64,000 bases of DNA from Planctomycetota bacterium (GCA_038060895.1 JBBTCT010000002.1:192001-256000); one strand, 5' to 3'. Shown: positions 27,542-37,962, counted from the first letter of the stretch. Numbers and translations: made by a program. Notes: generated by a model from the sequence alone, not told the origin.

Positions 27542-28475
27542 GAAGGAATTCCAGATCTTCGCAGGCACTTCGAACCCCTCGCTCGCCAAGGCCGTTTCGA
27601 AGGCGCTCAACCTCGACCTCTCCAACGTCGACCTGAGCCGCTTCCCCGACGGCGAGATTGACGTGAAGATCCAGGACGACGTGCGAGGCTCGGACGTTTT
27701 CATCGTGCAGTCCACGTGCCCGCCGGTGAACGAGAATCTGATGGAGCTGCTGATCATGATCGACGCGCTCCGGCGCGCGTCCGCGATGCGCATCACCGCG
27801 GTCATCCCGTACTTCGGGTACGCGAGGCAGGACCGCAAAGCCGAAGGCCGCGTCCCGATCAGCGCCAAGCTCGTCGCCAACCTCATCACCCGCGCCGGCG
27901 CCGACCGCGTCCTCACCATGGACCTCCACGCCGCGCAGATCCAGGGGTTCTTCGACATCCCGGTGGACCACCTCTACAGCTCGCCCGTGATCATCGACTA
28001 CCTGAAAAAGAAGGACCTGGGAAAACTCTGCGTCCTGTGCTGCGACGTCGGCGGCGCGAAGATGGCGAGGGCGTACGCGAAGAGGCTTGGGGGTGCCGCG
28101 CTGGCGATCATCGACAAGCGGCGCACCGGCCCGAGCGAGACCGAGGTCGCGGAAGTCATCGGAAGCGTCGAGGGCATGGACGTCGTGGTCGTGGACGACA
28201 TGATCTCGACGGGGACGTCGATCGCGGAAGCAGCGCGGGTCGCGCGGGAGCGCGGGGGCAGAAGCGTGAGGATGACCGCCACCCACGCGGTGCTTTGTGG
28301 CAAGGCGCTCGAGAAGATCGAGAAGAGCGGGTGCGAGGAACTCGTCGTCACCGACTCGATCCCGATCACCGGGAAAGAGCGCCCGTGGCTCAAGCAGCTT
28401 TCGGTCGCGCCGCTGCTCGCGGAAGCGATTCACCGTATCCATAAGAGCGAATCGGTGAGCAGTCTGTTCGTGTGA
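27534..28475 (+). CDS. prs: ribose-phosphate pyrophosphokinase
   Basis: FPDGE, PYFGYARQDRK, DLHAAQIQGFF, VDDMISTG. Confidence 0.97.
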   Translation: MRKKEFQIFAGTSNPSLAKAVSKALNLDLSNVDLSRFPDGEIDVKIQDDVRGSDVFIVQSTCPPVNENLMELLIMIDALRRASAMRITAVIPYFGYARQDRKAEGRVPISAKLVANLITRAGADRVLTMDLHAAQIQGFFDIPVDHLYSSPVIIDYLKKKDLGKLCVLCCDVGGAKMARAYAKRLGGAALAIIDKRRTGPSETEVAEVIGSVEGMDVVVVDDMISTGTSIAEAARVARERGGRSVRMTATHAVLCGKALEKIEKSGCEELVVTDSIPITGKERPWLKQLSVAPLLAEAIHRIHKSESVSSLFV

Positions 28476-28513
28476 ACGCGAACGGCGGGTCTCACCCAGT
28501 ACGGTGCCCCCGC

Positions 28514-29056
28514 ATGACGTCCGCCGAGACGGCCTACCAGTTCCGTCACGCGCTCCTGCGCGATGCCGCTCCGCTTCTGCGCCTCGGGGCCGACGTGCTG
28601 CGGCGCTCGGGGCGACCGAGGGAATCGGAAGGGCTGCTCACGCAGTCGCTGGCGCGGGCGCGGAGAGCCGGGGACCGCCTCCTGGAGGGCAGGGCGGTAC
28701 AGGAGCTGGCGACGATCTGGAGGGAAACCGGCCGCACGGCGGAGGCGGAGGAAGGATTCGGGCGGGCCCTGGCGATCCATCGCGAGGTCGGCGACCGGAC
28801 GGGAGAAGCCATGGGACTGGCGAACCTGGCGATCGTGTACCGGACGATGGGCCGGATGGCGCCGGCCGAGGAGCTGCTCCGGGGTGCCGTGAAGCTCTTC
28901 CGGCAGATGAAATCCCGGCGGCAGGAGGGTGTCGTGCTGTCGAACCTGGCGATCGTTCTGAAGATCACGGGACGCCTTCCGAAATCCTTCACGAACTCTG
29001 CCAGCGCCGACTCGCTTGCCCTGCTTCGGCGCGCGCGCGCATACTCGCCTGCGTGA
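28514..29056 (+). CDS. short TPR protein, internally deleted paralogue of 1288-2700
   Basis: MTSAETAYQFRHALLRDAA followed directly by about three TPRs. Confidence 0.65.
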   Translation: MTSAETAYQFRHALLRDAAPLLRLGADVLRRSGRPRESEGLLTQSLARARRAGDRLLEGRAVQELATIWRETGRTAEAEEGFGRALAIHREVGDRTGEAMGLANLAIVYRTMGRMAPAEELLRGAVKLFRQMKSRRQEGVVLSNLAIVLKITGRLPKSFTNSASADSLALLRRARAYSPA

Positions 29057-29514
29057 GCGACCCCGACCGGCGCTGGGCCGAGTGGCGCGCCCGCATGGCC
29101 GACGACGGCCGCGCGTGGACGCTGTGGTACAGCGACACCTTCGACCGGGAGAGCGCGCCGAGCGAAGAAGTGCGGGGAACGGGGACCCTGCGGGCACGGG
29201 TGGAATTGTGGCGCCGGACGCTCGGCGAGGCCGTGCAGGAGAACGGGAATCCGTCGTTCTCGCGATTCTGGGTCTGGCTCGAAGCACCCCGGGAGCCGCT
29301 GTCCATGCACTTCGAAGACGGCCGTCCCCTGGGCGCGGCCGTGCTTCGTAGCTGGTGCTCGGATCCGGAAAGACTCGACCTGCTCGCGCTCGCCGACGTG
29401 GCTATGCAGGACTCGGACGGCGGCCTTTGCGGGCTGGCGGAAGCGGCGCAGGGGGACACGGATCTGGAGCGGCGCCTGCGGGAGATCGCCATGCGTCGCG
29501 AGCCGGCGCGATGA
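29053..29514 (+). CDS. hypothetical protein
   Basis: GTGA and ATGA overlaps at both ends. Confidence 0.6.
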   Translation: MSDPDRRWAEWRARMADDGRAWTLWYSDTFDRESAPSEEVRGTGTLRARVELWRRTLGEAVQENGNPSFSRFWVWLEAPREPLSMHFEDGRPLGAAVLRSWCSDPERLDLLALADVAMQDSDGGLCGLAEAAQGDTDLERRLREIAMRREPAR

Positions 29515-30443
29515 GGACGGGAGCGGGCGCGGCGTGCGCCGTGGCGAGCGCGCTCCTCTACGGAGCCGCCGCGGCGAATTGGCATGGGCGCCATGAGACG
29601 CTCCTTCACGCGGCCACGCTCACGCTTTTCGCGGCCTGCTTCCTGTTCATCGCGGCCCCGGCGATGTCGCTGCTGTTCTGGCGGTTCCGCGCTGGGGCGC
29701 GCCGTCCCGGGCCGCCGATCGAAGCGGCGACGGTCTTCCGGACGCCGCTTCGCTATGCACGGATCGAGTCCGGCGCCCTGGCCGGGGTCGAAGAGCTGCG
29801 GCGCGACGCCGTCCCGGCGTTCCCGGCAGCCTGCTGCTGCTGCGGATCGACGGAGGACCTCTCCACCTCCCGCGAGTGGATCACCCCGGAGAAATTCCGC
29901 CTCGACGCCGGGCACTCGCGCGTGCACCTGCACAAGATCCGGACTTACGTCTTCCTGCGCGTCCCCTACTGCGCCCGCTGCATCCTTCATCGACAGGCCC
30001 TCGCACGGGGCCCCTTCCTCGCGGCGCTGGCGTCCGCGCCGCTGGTGGCCGTCGCGGACCTCCTGCTGCGGCCGGGCGCCGTGCGCGCCGCGGAATGGGA
30101 AATCTCCGGCGCGGCGGTCTTCGCCGGCGGCGCGCTGTACGCCGCGTTCTCGTGGCTTTCCCCCGCCGCACCGCGGGCGCTTCACGCCGCCGGAATGGTG
30201 GTCGCCACCGCCGTGCTTGCCCTCGTCCACCCGCCGCTCGCCGTGCCGGTCCCCGTCGCGTTCGCCCTCGCCGCCCTGGCGCCGCGGCTCTTCGGCCTGA
30301 CCGAAGCGGCCGGAGGCTGCTCGCACTGGCCGGACGGGCGGGCGGTCTCGGTCGGTTGCATGGCCGAGCCGGAACGCGCGCTTGAGATCGCCTGCAGCCG
30401 ACCGGAATTTGCGAAGAGCATCGAGCCGCCTCGCGGGAGTTGA
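29511..30443 (+). CDS. hypothetical membrane protein with CxxC pairs
   Basis: Hydrophobic helices; CCCCG and PYCARC. Confidence 0.6.
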   Translation: MRTGAGAACAVASALLYGAAAANWHGRHETLLHAATLTLFAACFLFIAAPAMSLLFWRFRAGARRPGPPIEAATVFRTPLRYARIESGALAGVEELRRDAVPAFPAACCCCGSTEDLSTSREWITPEKFRLDAGHSRVHLHKIRTYVFLRVPYCARCILHRQALARGPFLAALASAPLVAVADLLLRPGAVRAAEWEISGAAVFAGGALYAAFSWLSPAAPRALHAAGMVVATAVLALVHPPLAVPVPVAFALAALAPRLFGLTEAAGGCSHWPDGRAVSVGCMAEPERALEIACSRPEFAKSIEPPRGS

Positions 30444-30542
30444 CGCTCGCATTCCCGGCTCCTGGAGGGGGCGGACCCGATGGAGTATCGGGCGAGGCGT
30501 CTGGCGACCTGAATCACGTCGGATCCGGGTTGCGCCGTCGCC

Positions 30543-32099
30543 TTACTTCTTCGTCGAGAAATACTCCGACTTGTTCATGACCGTCACCGCGTTGACCGGT
30601 TGCTCCAGCGAATCCTTGAGGACAATCACGCGCTCCCCGTCGGGAAACACGACGACGCCGGCGATGCGATACTTTTTCTCCTTGCGGACATAGTCGTCGC
30701 CCTGGTCGTACTCGGAATACGTCAGCACGAGCAGGTCGCCTTCGAGCGCCCATTTCCCCTTGCCCGTTGCACTCCTGATCTTCGGCGCTCCGACCTGCCC
30801 GCTGGCGCTTCCGAACGTGTCGGCGAAGGAATCGTCGGCCTTGAGGCTCAGGGTTCCGCCGTAGGACACGATGCTGGTCGAGGTCGCGCCGGTGTAGATG
30901 TTCTCGAAGTCCAGCGAAGAGTAAGAGCCGTAGGAGTAGTCGCCGACCAGGGACGCCTTTTCGGCGAGCGGCTTGCCCTTGGCGCCCTCGCACTTGAGAG
31001 TCTTCAGGAAGACCTCGGCCAGGTCGGCCGTTCCCGGGAACGAGAATCCCGCCGACATGGAGCCGCCGACCGGGTTCTTGCTGTCGAGATCCTCCCACGT
31101 CTGGGCTACGACGACCGGTTGCCACGCGGAGCCGCAGTCGATGAGAAACACGGTGAACAGCGTGTCCCAGCTCCTGCCCTTCTCCTCGGCTTTTCCGCAG
31201 ACGAATTGGGCGAAGAGCCCGTCGCCGATGTACCGGCGGAACACCATGCCGCTCGCCTTGCCCTGGAATTCTTCCGGTACGTACGCCTTCCACGCCGTCC
31301 GCAGCGCGTCGGTGAAGGTACCCGTGGCCGGCATGGCGGGCACGATCCGCACCTGCGCCATGGCCAGGTGGCTGCCCACGCGACTTTCCGCCACGTACCA
31401 CCCTGAATTCTGCTTCCAGCCCTCCGGCACGGTGAACCCGAACCCGGGCGCGGCGCCGCCCGGCGCCGACGCCTTGATCGCGACCTCGGCGCCCTTCAGG
31501 CTGATCTGCTCCAGCTTCGCGCCGAGCAGGATCACGAACTGCGCCTCGGCGAGCGTTCGCAGGTTCTTCTTCGCTTCCTCATCCTTCACCGAGCCCGCCA
31601 GGGCGACGACCATCCCCGATGAGCACAGCGACCACTCGTAAAACTCCTGTTTCTCGCGGTCGGTCGCCTTGATCTCCCCGAAGGTCCTGCGGAAGCGGCC
31701 CGCCAGCGCGAGGAAGGCCGCGTCGTCCAGCTCGGACTCCTTCGCAACGCCGTACAGCACCGCGACGCTGAACGCCATCGCGGTCGCGGGATCGTTCGCC
31801 TGCTTGAGTTCCTTCGCGGCGCCTTCGTAGCGGTCGATGATCGAGACGATGGCCTGCTCCAGCGCCGACCTCTCCGCCGCGTCTTCCGAAACCGACTTCA
31901 CGAACTTCTTGAGGAAGACCCGCTTCTCCGCCGGCTTGAACGCCCACCCGGGCACTTCCGCGGCCGACTCCTTGGTCAGCCCTTCGAGCCCGATCTTCTG
32001 TGAAGCGGCCACAAGCGGGTTGTCGGCGGTGAGCTGGGCGTACGACGCCGCGGGAGCGAGCAGGCAGAGGAGGACCAGGTGCCGGACGCTGGTTCGCAT
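30543..32099 (-). CDS. secreted hypothetical protein (DUF6683-like helical N-terminus)
   Basis: Signal peptide from ATG 32099; TDREKQEFYE motif; host-like codon usage. Confidence 0.65.
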   Translation of the reverse strand: MRTSVRHLVLLCLLAPAASYAQLTADNPLVAASQKIGLEGLTKESAAEVPGWAFKPAEKRVFLKKFVKSVSEDAAERSALEQAIVSIIDRYEGAAKELKQANDPATAMAFSVAVLYGVAKESELDDAAFLALAGRFRRTFGEIKATDREKQEFYEWSLCSSGMVVALAGSVKDEEAKKNLRTLAEAQFVILLGAKLEQISLKGAEVAIKASAPGGAAPGFGFTVPEGWKQNSGWYVAESRVGSHLAMAQVRIVPAMPATGTFTDALRTAWKAYVPEEFQGKASGMVFRRYIGDGLFAQFVCGKAEEKGRSWDTLFTVFLIDCGSAWQPVVVAQTWEDLDSKNPVGGSMSAGFSFPGTADLAEVFLKTLKCEGAKGKPLAEKASLVGDYSYGSYSSLDFENIYTGATSTSIVSYGGTLSLKADDSFADTFGSASGQVGAPKIRSATGKGKWALEGDLLVLTYSEYDQGDDYVRKEKKYRIAGVVVFPDGERVIVLKDSLEQPVNAVTVMNKSEYFSTKK

Positions 32100-32732
32100 G
32101 GAGCGTCTCCGATTTCGCAAGGGTGCAGATTCAAGGGCGGATCCAGAGTCTACCCGGAGTCGGCCACGCACAGAGTCCAGGACCGCGGCAACGGCCTTCT
32201 GGAATTTCGTAAACTATTCAGGACGGAAACACGGATCCGTCAAATCGGAAGGGTCAGCAGCCTGTTCACACGCCTGGAACCTCTCGATGTCGGCGTTTTC
32301 ATCGTCGGCGCTCTCGGCGTGCTGTCGTATTGCGTCTACATCCTCACGTTGCGGTGCCCGAAGTGTCGCCGGTTCCAGATTGTGGATCACGCGAAGTACT
32401 GCCGACGGTGCGGCGACGAGTTCGACGTGCTGACAGAACGCTTCCGGTGGCTCGGACGGGTCCCGCTGGTCGTGCTGCCCATTGCCGTGGTGACAGTGAC
32501 CCTGTGTTTCTTTTTCCATCGTGGTCAGTTCGCCATGTGGTGCGGAGCGGGCAGCTTTGCGGTCATTGTGACGACGCAAATCCCCTGGGCATTTCTTTCA
32601 AATTGTGACAACTGTTCCGACTCGCCGATCGTCCTCGGAAGGAGGAACCGATTCCCTTGGAGGAACTGTTCCTATTGCGGTGCAAGGGTCGGATCGACTG
32701 GGGTCCCCCGCCGGCCGTCGCATTGCCCCTGA
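32079..32732 (+). CDS. membrane protein with duplicated zinc ribbons; start uncertain
   Basis: TM-CPKC…YCRRCG-TM-TM-CDNC…NCSYCG; AT-richer than flanks. Confidence 0.5.
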   Translation: MPDAGSHGASPISQGCRFKGGSRVYPESATHRVQDRGNGLLEFRKLFRTETRIRQIGRVSSLFTRLEPLDVGVFIVGALGVLSYCVYILTLRCPKCRRFQIVDHAKYCRRCGDEFDVLTERFRWLGRVPLVVLPIAVVTVTLCFFFHRGQFAMWCGAGSFAVIVTTQIPWAFLSNCDNCSDSPIVLGRRNRFPWRNCSYCGARVGSTGVPRRPSHCP

Positions 32733-32780
32733 AGCGCGCCGCCTGCACACTGGCTCAGACGCCACGAATTCCTCAGCCGG

Positions 32781-35402
32781 TCAAAGTCCTTCGACGAACA
32801 ACTTCCAGTCCGCTTCCAGCTTCCCGATGTCCTTCACGAACTCTCCCAGCGTCGCCGCCTTCCCTTCCTGCACCGCCTTGCGATAAGCGAGATACCCGTC
32901 CCGGTACTCCTTCCTGTCCGTCTGCGTAAGGAACAAGTTGAGCGACCAGCACTCGGCGTAGAACAGCAGCGCCTTGTTGTGGTCGCTGTTGATGAGAGCG
33001 AGCGCGTCGCCGAAAAAGACATCCTTGAGCGGGATGTGTTTTCCGGCGGCGACGGCGTTGCGCACGAACGGGATGCGGGACTCGCTGAGGAAATGGAAAC
33101 GCCACGCCTTGCCGTCCCAGTTGAAGCCTTCGAAGTAAGTCGCCATGCCCTCGGCGTGCCAGGACGGCGGGCGGGCGGCGGGGGCGACGCGGTAGTAATA
33201 GAGGTGGGCGGCCTCGTGGACCATGGTCTGCAGGAACTGCTGGCGGTCGCCGGTTTTGTTCCAGCCGGCGACGACGTCGGAGTCGCTTCGCGCAAAGCCG
33301 GCCGCGTTCAGGTGATCCTCGGCCTTCGTCTCGACGCAGTACTTGCGGTAGTCCTCGTAGCCCTTGTAGGCGTACAGGGACATCTTTTTCCCCGCGGCGA
33401 ATTTCGGCTCCCCGCCGCCGTAGAACTTGCGGAACTCGGGCCAGGCGGCCTCGATCAGCGCGCCGAGCTCCTTCGCGAACGCGTCGCCGGCGTTCGTGCG
33501 GACGGTCGCGTGCGCCGTCTCCTCGACGCTCGCCGCCGCCCACTCGCCGCGCATCGCGTCGTAGTCCTCGCGGCTCATCCACTTGCCGTCCACCCGCACG
33601 TACCCTCGCCGCCCGAGCTCCGCTTCGTCGCCCGGCACCCACTTTCCCGCGACCTGGATCTGCCCCTTCGCCAGCTTCTCGCGGTCCTCGCGCGGGACCC
33701 ACTTGCCTTCGAACAGCACCAGCCCCTTCTCGAGATTCGCCTTCTCCTCCGCCGTCGCGTACGCGCCGCGATACAGCACGAAGCCGTTCGCCGGCACCGG
33801 CACGCCGCGCCGCCTGGCCACGAACGCGTCGACGCTCTTCCGAAGCGCGGGCTTGAATTTCGCTGCGTTCTCGAACAGTTTCACGGCGAGCGGGCGGTCG
33901 CCGGCGTCCCAGGCGAGGCAGCCAAGCCCGAACCCGTCGTCGGCCGTCGCGCCGGCGCGGTCGACGAGCTCGCAGAAAATGGCGACGTCGAGGTACGCCC
34001 AGGGGAAGCGGCCCTCGCCCTTGGGGATGGTGAACTCGAAAGAGTCGGCGTTGCCTTTCTTGATCGAGAGTTCGAGCGCGCCGAATCTGATCTTCTCCGC
34101 GAAGCTGCTCGTGCCGATCGCCTTGAGCAGCGTCTCCATCGCCCCCGCCATTCCGCGGACCTCCGGCAGCCGCGCTTCGACTTCCGAGCGCCGCGCCGCC
34201 GATTTCAGCGTCGGAAGGAGCAGCGCGTATTCCTCCGCCGCGCGCTTGAACTGGTAACGCCGCACCATCGTCTCGATTTCCGCGATCGTGAAGAGGTGCG
34301 TCCCGAGCTCCCGGCGCAACCCCGCGCGGTCCGCTTCCGGCCCGGCTTCCGCCTTGAGCGACGCTGCGATCTCCGCCGCGAACGGCCCCAGCCCCGCGAT
34401 CCGTTTCGCGTGCGCCTCGAGATACGGATTCAGGCGCCACGCGTCCGACAGCGTCGCCCGCGCTTCCGCCAGCATCCCCAGCCGCCACTGCGCCGCGCCC
34501 ATCCAGAAGAGCGACTCGAACGCCGTGCGCCGGCCGCGCGTCGCGAGGAAATCGAGCGCCTCGCGGTCGCGCCCCGCGAGCACGAGCGCGCGCGCTTCGC
34601 CGTGAATCACGTGCGCGAGCTGCGCGCCGTCGATCCCGTGAATCGCCTTGAGCGCCGCCTCCGTGTCGAAGTCCGCCCCCGCCTCCGGCGTCGCCGCCAG
34701 GTACGCGCGCGACAGCGCCGGCTCGATGTTGCCCGTGGCGCGGGCTTCGGCCGCCTTGACGGCCGCGCGGGCGTCGTCGAAGCGGCCTTGCTCGACGAGG
34801 GCGATGACCATCTGGAGATGAATCCCGAGCTGGACGCTGCCTGAAGCGAGTACGCCCTTAATTTCGCGCTCCGCCTCCGCCCACTCGGCCTTCGCCACCT
34901 GTGCGTGCCACACGAGATTGACGCGCGCGCCGCCCTTCGCCGCAGCCGCCCGCTGCAGCTCGAGGCCTTCGTCCACGCGCCCGAGCTGGATCAGGTCCAT
35001 CCCGAGAAGCGCCGTGAAGTCCGGATTCCCCGGCTGAGCCTTGAGCAGCCCGCGCATCTCTTCTTCAGCTTCCGTCCAGAGATCGAGCCCCGCGTAAGTC
35101 GAATGCCGCCGGATCCGGAACTGCAGATTCGCCGGCTCGAGCTGGATCGCGACGCCGTAATCCTCCAGTGATGCGGGCAGCCGCCCCGTCCTGGCCTTTG
35201 CGTACCCGCGCCCCGCCCACGCCCGGCCGAACACCGGGTCCTCCGCCACAGCCCGGTCAAACGCCGCCAGCGCCGCGGCCCCGTCCCCGCGCGCGATCGC
35301 CGTGTCGCCGTCGGCGCAGGCTTTTTCCGCCGCCGCGCGGTCTGCGCGGGCGGGGAGCGACAGAAGGAGAAGGAAGATCGCGAGGGTGGGTGAGAGGCGC
35401 AT
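32781..35402 (-). CDS. secreted TPR protein with C-terminal DUF1570/gluzincin-like metallopeptidase
   Basis: Signal peptide from ATG 35402, TPRs, GKW repeats, HEAAH…WHAEGMATYFE. Confidence 0.8.
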   Translation of the reverse strand: MRLSPTLAIFLLLLSLPARADRAAAEKACADGDTAIARGDGAAALAAFDRAVAEDPVFGRAWAGRGYAKARTGRLPASLEDYGVAIQLEPANLQFRIRRHSTYAGLDLWTEAEEEMRGLLKAQPGNPDFTALLGMDLIQLGRVDEGLELQRAAAAKGGARVNLVWHAQVAKAEWAEAEREIKGVLASGSVQLGIHLQMVIALVEQGRFDDARAAVKAAEARATGNIEPALSRAYLAATPEAGADFDTEAALKAIHGIDGAQLAHVIHGEARALVLAGRDREALDFLATRGRRTAFESLFWMGAAQWRLGMLAEARATLSDAWRLNPYLEAHAKRIAGLGPFAAEIAASLKAEAGPEADRAGLRRELGTHLFTIAEIETMVRRYQFKRAAEEYALLLPTLKSAARRSEVEARLPEVRGMAGAMETLLKAIGTSSFAEKIRFGALELSIKKGNADSFEFTIPKGEGRFPWAYLDVAIFCELVDRAGATADDGFGLGCLAWDAGDRPLAVKLFENAAKFKPALRKSVDAFVARRRGVPVPANGFVLYRGAYATAEEKANLEKGLVLFEGKWVPREDREKLAKGQIQVAGKWVPGDEAELGRRGYVRVDGKWMSREDYDAMRGEWAAASVEETAHATVRTNAGDAFAKELGALIEAAWPEFRKFYGGGEPKFAAGKKMSLYAYKGYEDYRKYCVETKAEDHLNAAGFARSDSDVVAGWNKTGDRQQFLQTMVHEAAHLYYYRVAPAARPPSWHAEGMATYFEGFNWDGKAWRFHFLSESRIPFVRNAVAAGKHIPLKDVFFGDALALINSDHNKALLFYAECWSLNLFLTQTDRKEYRDGYLAYRKAVQEGKAATLGEFVKDIGKLEADWKLFVEGL

Positions 35403-35652
35403 CGGAGGCGGCGTCCACGATACCTTGGGACACGCGGCGGGCTTTGGTTGCAATTTCCGTAAGGCGTCGCGTTGCAGGACGGCCGCGGCTGCCACCACTC
35501 ATAGAACCTGAATCGTCTTTATAGCCGCTCATTGAAGGCGCCTCGATGGAGCGACTTTGCCGCTTCCCGGCAAATTCCGTTTGCACCCCCCAAGGGCGCT
35601 CAGTAGACTCTTCGCCCCTTTCCGACCGACCTGTACCCAAGGAGCACTCCCG

Positions 35653-36372
35653 ATGGAAATCCTCAACCTCGAAGCCGTCGCGCGGCCGAAAGTCGGCACG
35701 CGGCAGGGCGAGAAAGACCGCAAGAAGGGCCGGATTCCGGCGGCTGTGTACGGGCACAAGGAGCCGATGGCCAGCGTGACGGTGCCGTCGCTGGGTCTCC
35801 AGGGGATCCTGAAGGCCGGGACGCGGCTGGTGAAGATGTCGCTCGGCGGGAAGCAGGAGCTGACGTACATCCGCGAGGTTGCGCGCCACCCGATCACGGA
35901 CGAGATCCTGCACGTCGATTTCGGCCGGGCGTCGATGACGGAGAAGCTGTCGCTGAAAATTCCGCTGAAGACGAAGGGCGTCTCGAAGGGCGTCGCGAGC
36001 GGCGAAGGGCAGATGGACATCCTGATGAACGAGATCCCGATCCAGTGCCTGCCGACGCAGATTCCGAAGATGATCGAGCACGACGTGACGGCGATGGACA
36101 TCGGGACGGTGGCGAAATTGCGCGACCTGAAGCTGCCGGAGGGCGTGACGATCGACGGGAACGTCGAGCTGCTCGTCATCACGGTCCACAAGGCGATCGA
36201 AGAAATCATCGCGGCGCCCGATGCAGTTGCGGCGGCTGCGGCGGCGGAGCCGGAAGTTCTCACGGCGAAGAAGCCTGAGGAAGGTGAAGCGGCGGCGCCT
36301 GGTGCGCCGGCCGCGGCGGGCGCGAAGCCCGCGGCGGAGGCCAAGGGAGGCGCAGAAAAGAAGAAGGAATAG
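35653..36372 (+). CDS. rplY: 50S ribosomal protein L25/Ctc
   Basis: GRIPAAVYG, HPITDEILHVDF, CLPTQIP, AEPEV tail. Confidence 0.95.
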   Translation: MEILNLEAVARPKVGTRQGEKDRKKGRIPAAVYGHKEPMASVTVPSLGLQGILKAGTRLVKMSLGGKQELTYIREVARHPITDEILHVDFGRASMTEKLSLKIPLKTKGVSKGVASGEGQMDILMNEIPIQCLPTQIPKMIEHDVTAMDIGTVAKLRDLKLPEGVTIDGNVELLVITVHKAIEEIIAAPDAVAAAAAAEPEVLTAKKPEEGEAAAPGAPAAAGAKPAAEAKGGAEKKKE

Positions 36373-36377
36373 CGTCC

Positions 36378-37028
36378 GTGAAAGCGGTCGTCGGCCTCGG
36401 CAATCCGGGCAGGCGGTACGAAGGGACGCGGCATAACCTGGGGTTCATGGTGGTGGAAGCGGTCGCAAGGCGCCCCGGTGCGCACGCGACTGGAGCCGCT
36501 CGCGAACAGTTCGAGTCGCTCGTGATGGAAACCACGCTCGGCGACGAGAGAATTCTTCTCGTGAAGCCGCAGACGTTCATGAATCTCGCAGGTTCCGCCG
36601 TGCAGCCTCTTCTGGCGTGGCACAAGATAGCGCCCGCCGACTGCCTGGTGATTTGTGACGACCTCAACCTTCCGGTCGGGCGCCTGCGGTTTCGCGCAGG
36701 AGGATCCGGCGGCGGGCACCACGGGCTGGAGGACATTGAGAAGCGGCTGGGGACGCAGGAGTATCCGCGGCTGCGGATCGGACTGGGGCTGCCGGCGGGG
36801 TGGGTGGTCGAGAGTTTCGTGCTCGGGAAGTTCTCGGGCGAGGAGCTCAAGGCGATCGAGCCCGCGGTAAAAACGGCGGCTGAGGGCGTGGAAGTGTGGG
36901 CGACGAAGGGCGTGAACGCGGCCTCGAACCGCTTCAATGCCGGACCGAAGCCTCCGCAGGGTCCGCCGAAGCCCCCACGGGGCGAAGGCGGAAAAGACCC
37001 ACCAAAACAGGACAAGAAAGAGGAATAG
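36378..37028 (+). CDS. pth: peptidyl-tRNA hydrolase
   Basis: VGLGNPG, TRHNLGF, KPQTFMN, DDL, GGHHGL. Confidence 0.95.
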   Translation: MKAVVGLGNPGRRYEGTRHNLGFMVVEAVARRPGAHATGAAREQFESLVMETTLGDERILLVKPQTFMNLAGSAVQPLLAWHKIAPADCLVICDDLNLPVGRLRFRAGGSGGGHHGLEDIEKRLGTQEYPRLRIGLGLPAGWVVESFVLGKFSGEELKAIEPAVKTAAEGVEVWATKGVNAASNRFNAGPKPPQGPPKPPRGEGGKDPPKQDKKEE

Positions 37029-37030
37029 CG

Positions 37031-37384
37031 ATGATCCAGACCGGAACCTACGAAGGAATGTTCGTCCTCGAGCCGACGCTCGCGGGCAAAGACTGGAACA
37101 AGGTCGTGGAGCACGTCCACGGCCTCGCGACCAAGCACGGCGCCGAGGTCCTGGCTTCGAACAAGTGGGGCGACCGCAAGCTGGCCTACGAAATCGGCGG
37201 GCACAAGCGCGGCGCGTACATGCTGCTGTACTTCAAGGGCGACACTCAGCTGGTGACGAAGATCGACCGGGAAGCGCAGCTTTCGGACATCGTGCTTCGC
37301 CACGTGATCGTGCGGGTGGAGGTTGTTCCTCCGCCGGAGGAGCAGGTAGCGCCGCAGCCGCCGTCGGCGGCGGACCGGAAGTAG
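37031..37384 (+). CDS. rpsF: 30S ribosomal protein S6
   Basis: YEGMF…WGDRKLAYEI…GAY…VLRH. Confidence 0.95.
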   Translation: MIQTGTYEGMFVLEPTLAGKDWNKVVEHVHGLATKHGAEVLASNKWGDRKLAYEIGGHKRGAYMLLYFKGDTQLVTKIDREAQLSDIVLRHVIVRVEVVPPPEEQVAPQPPSAADRK

Positions 37385-37386
37385 CC

Positions 37387-37911
37387 ATGGCCAGCGTCAA
37401 CAAAGTGATGCTCCTGGGGCGGCTGACGGCCGATCCGGAGTTGCGTTACACGCCGAAGGGGACCGCGGTCTGCGATCTCCGGATGGCGATGAACCGGACG
37501 TACACGGATCCCGGAAGCGGCGAGAAGAAAGAGGAAGCCACTTTCGTGGACGTGACGGCCTGGGGCCGGACGGCGGAGATCAGCGCGCAGTACCTGAAAA
37601 AGGGGCGCCAGGTTTTCGTCGAGGGCCGGCTGAAGTTCGACCAGTGGGAGCAGGAGGGGCAGAAGCGGTCGAAGCTTTCGGTGACCGCGGACCAGGTGAC
37701 GTTCGTGGATGGAGGCGGAGCCGGTAGTGCAGGCGGCGGCGGCAGTGAAGGGGCTGAAGGCGGTGGCGGGGCGCGGCGCGGCGGTTACCAGCGCAGCCCG
37801 GCTCCGACCCGTGGCCCTCAAAAGCCGAGCGCTCCTCCCCCGCAGCAGGAAGACGGCCCGCCGCCCGACGAGCAGCCGCCTTCGCACATGGAAGGCGACC
37901 CGCCCTTCTAG
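37387..37911 (+). CDS. ssb: single-stranded DNA-binding protein
   Basis: VNKVMLLGRLTADPELRYT; acidic C-terminal DPPF. Confidence 0.97.
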   Translation: MASVNKVMLLGRLTADPELRYTPKGTAVCDLRMAMNRTYTDPGSGEKKEEATFVDVTAWGRTAEISAQYLKKGRQVFVEGRLKFDQWEQEGQKRSKLSVTADQVTFVDGGGAGSAGGGGSEGAEGGGGARRGGYQRSPAPTRGPQKPSAPPPQQEDGPPPDEQPPSHMEGDPPF

Positions 37912-37962
37912 TTCGACCCAGACAACCAACCCAACGATTCAATTTCCGGAGAGACTGAAGAC

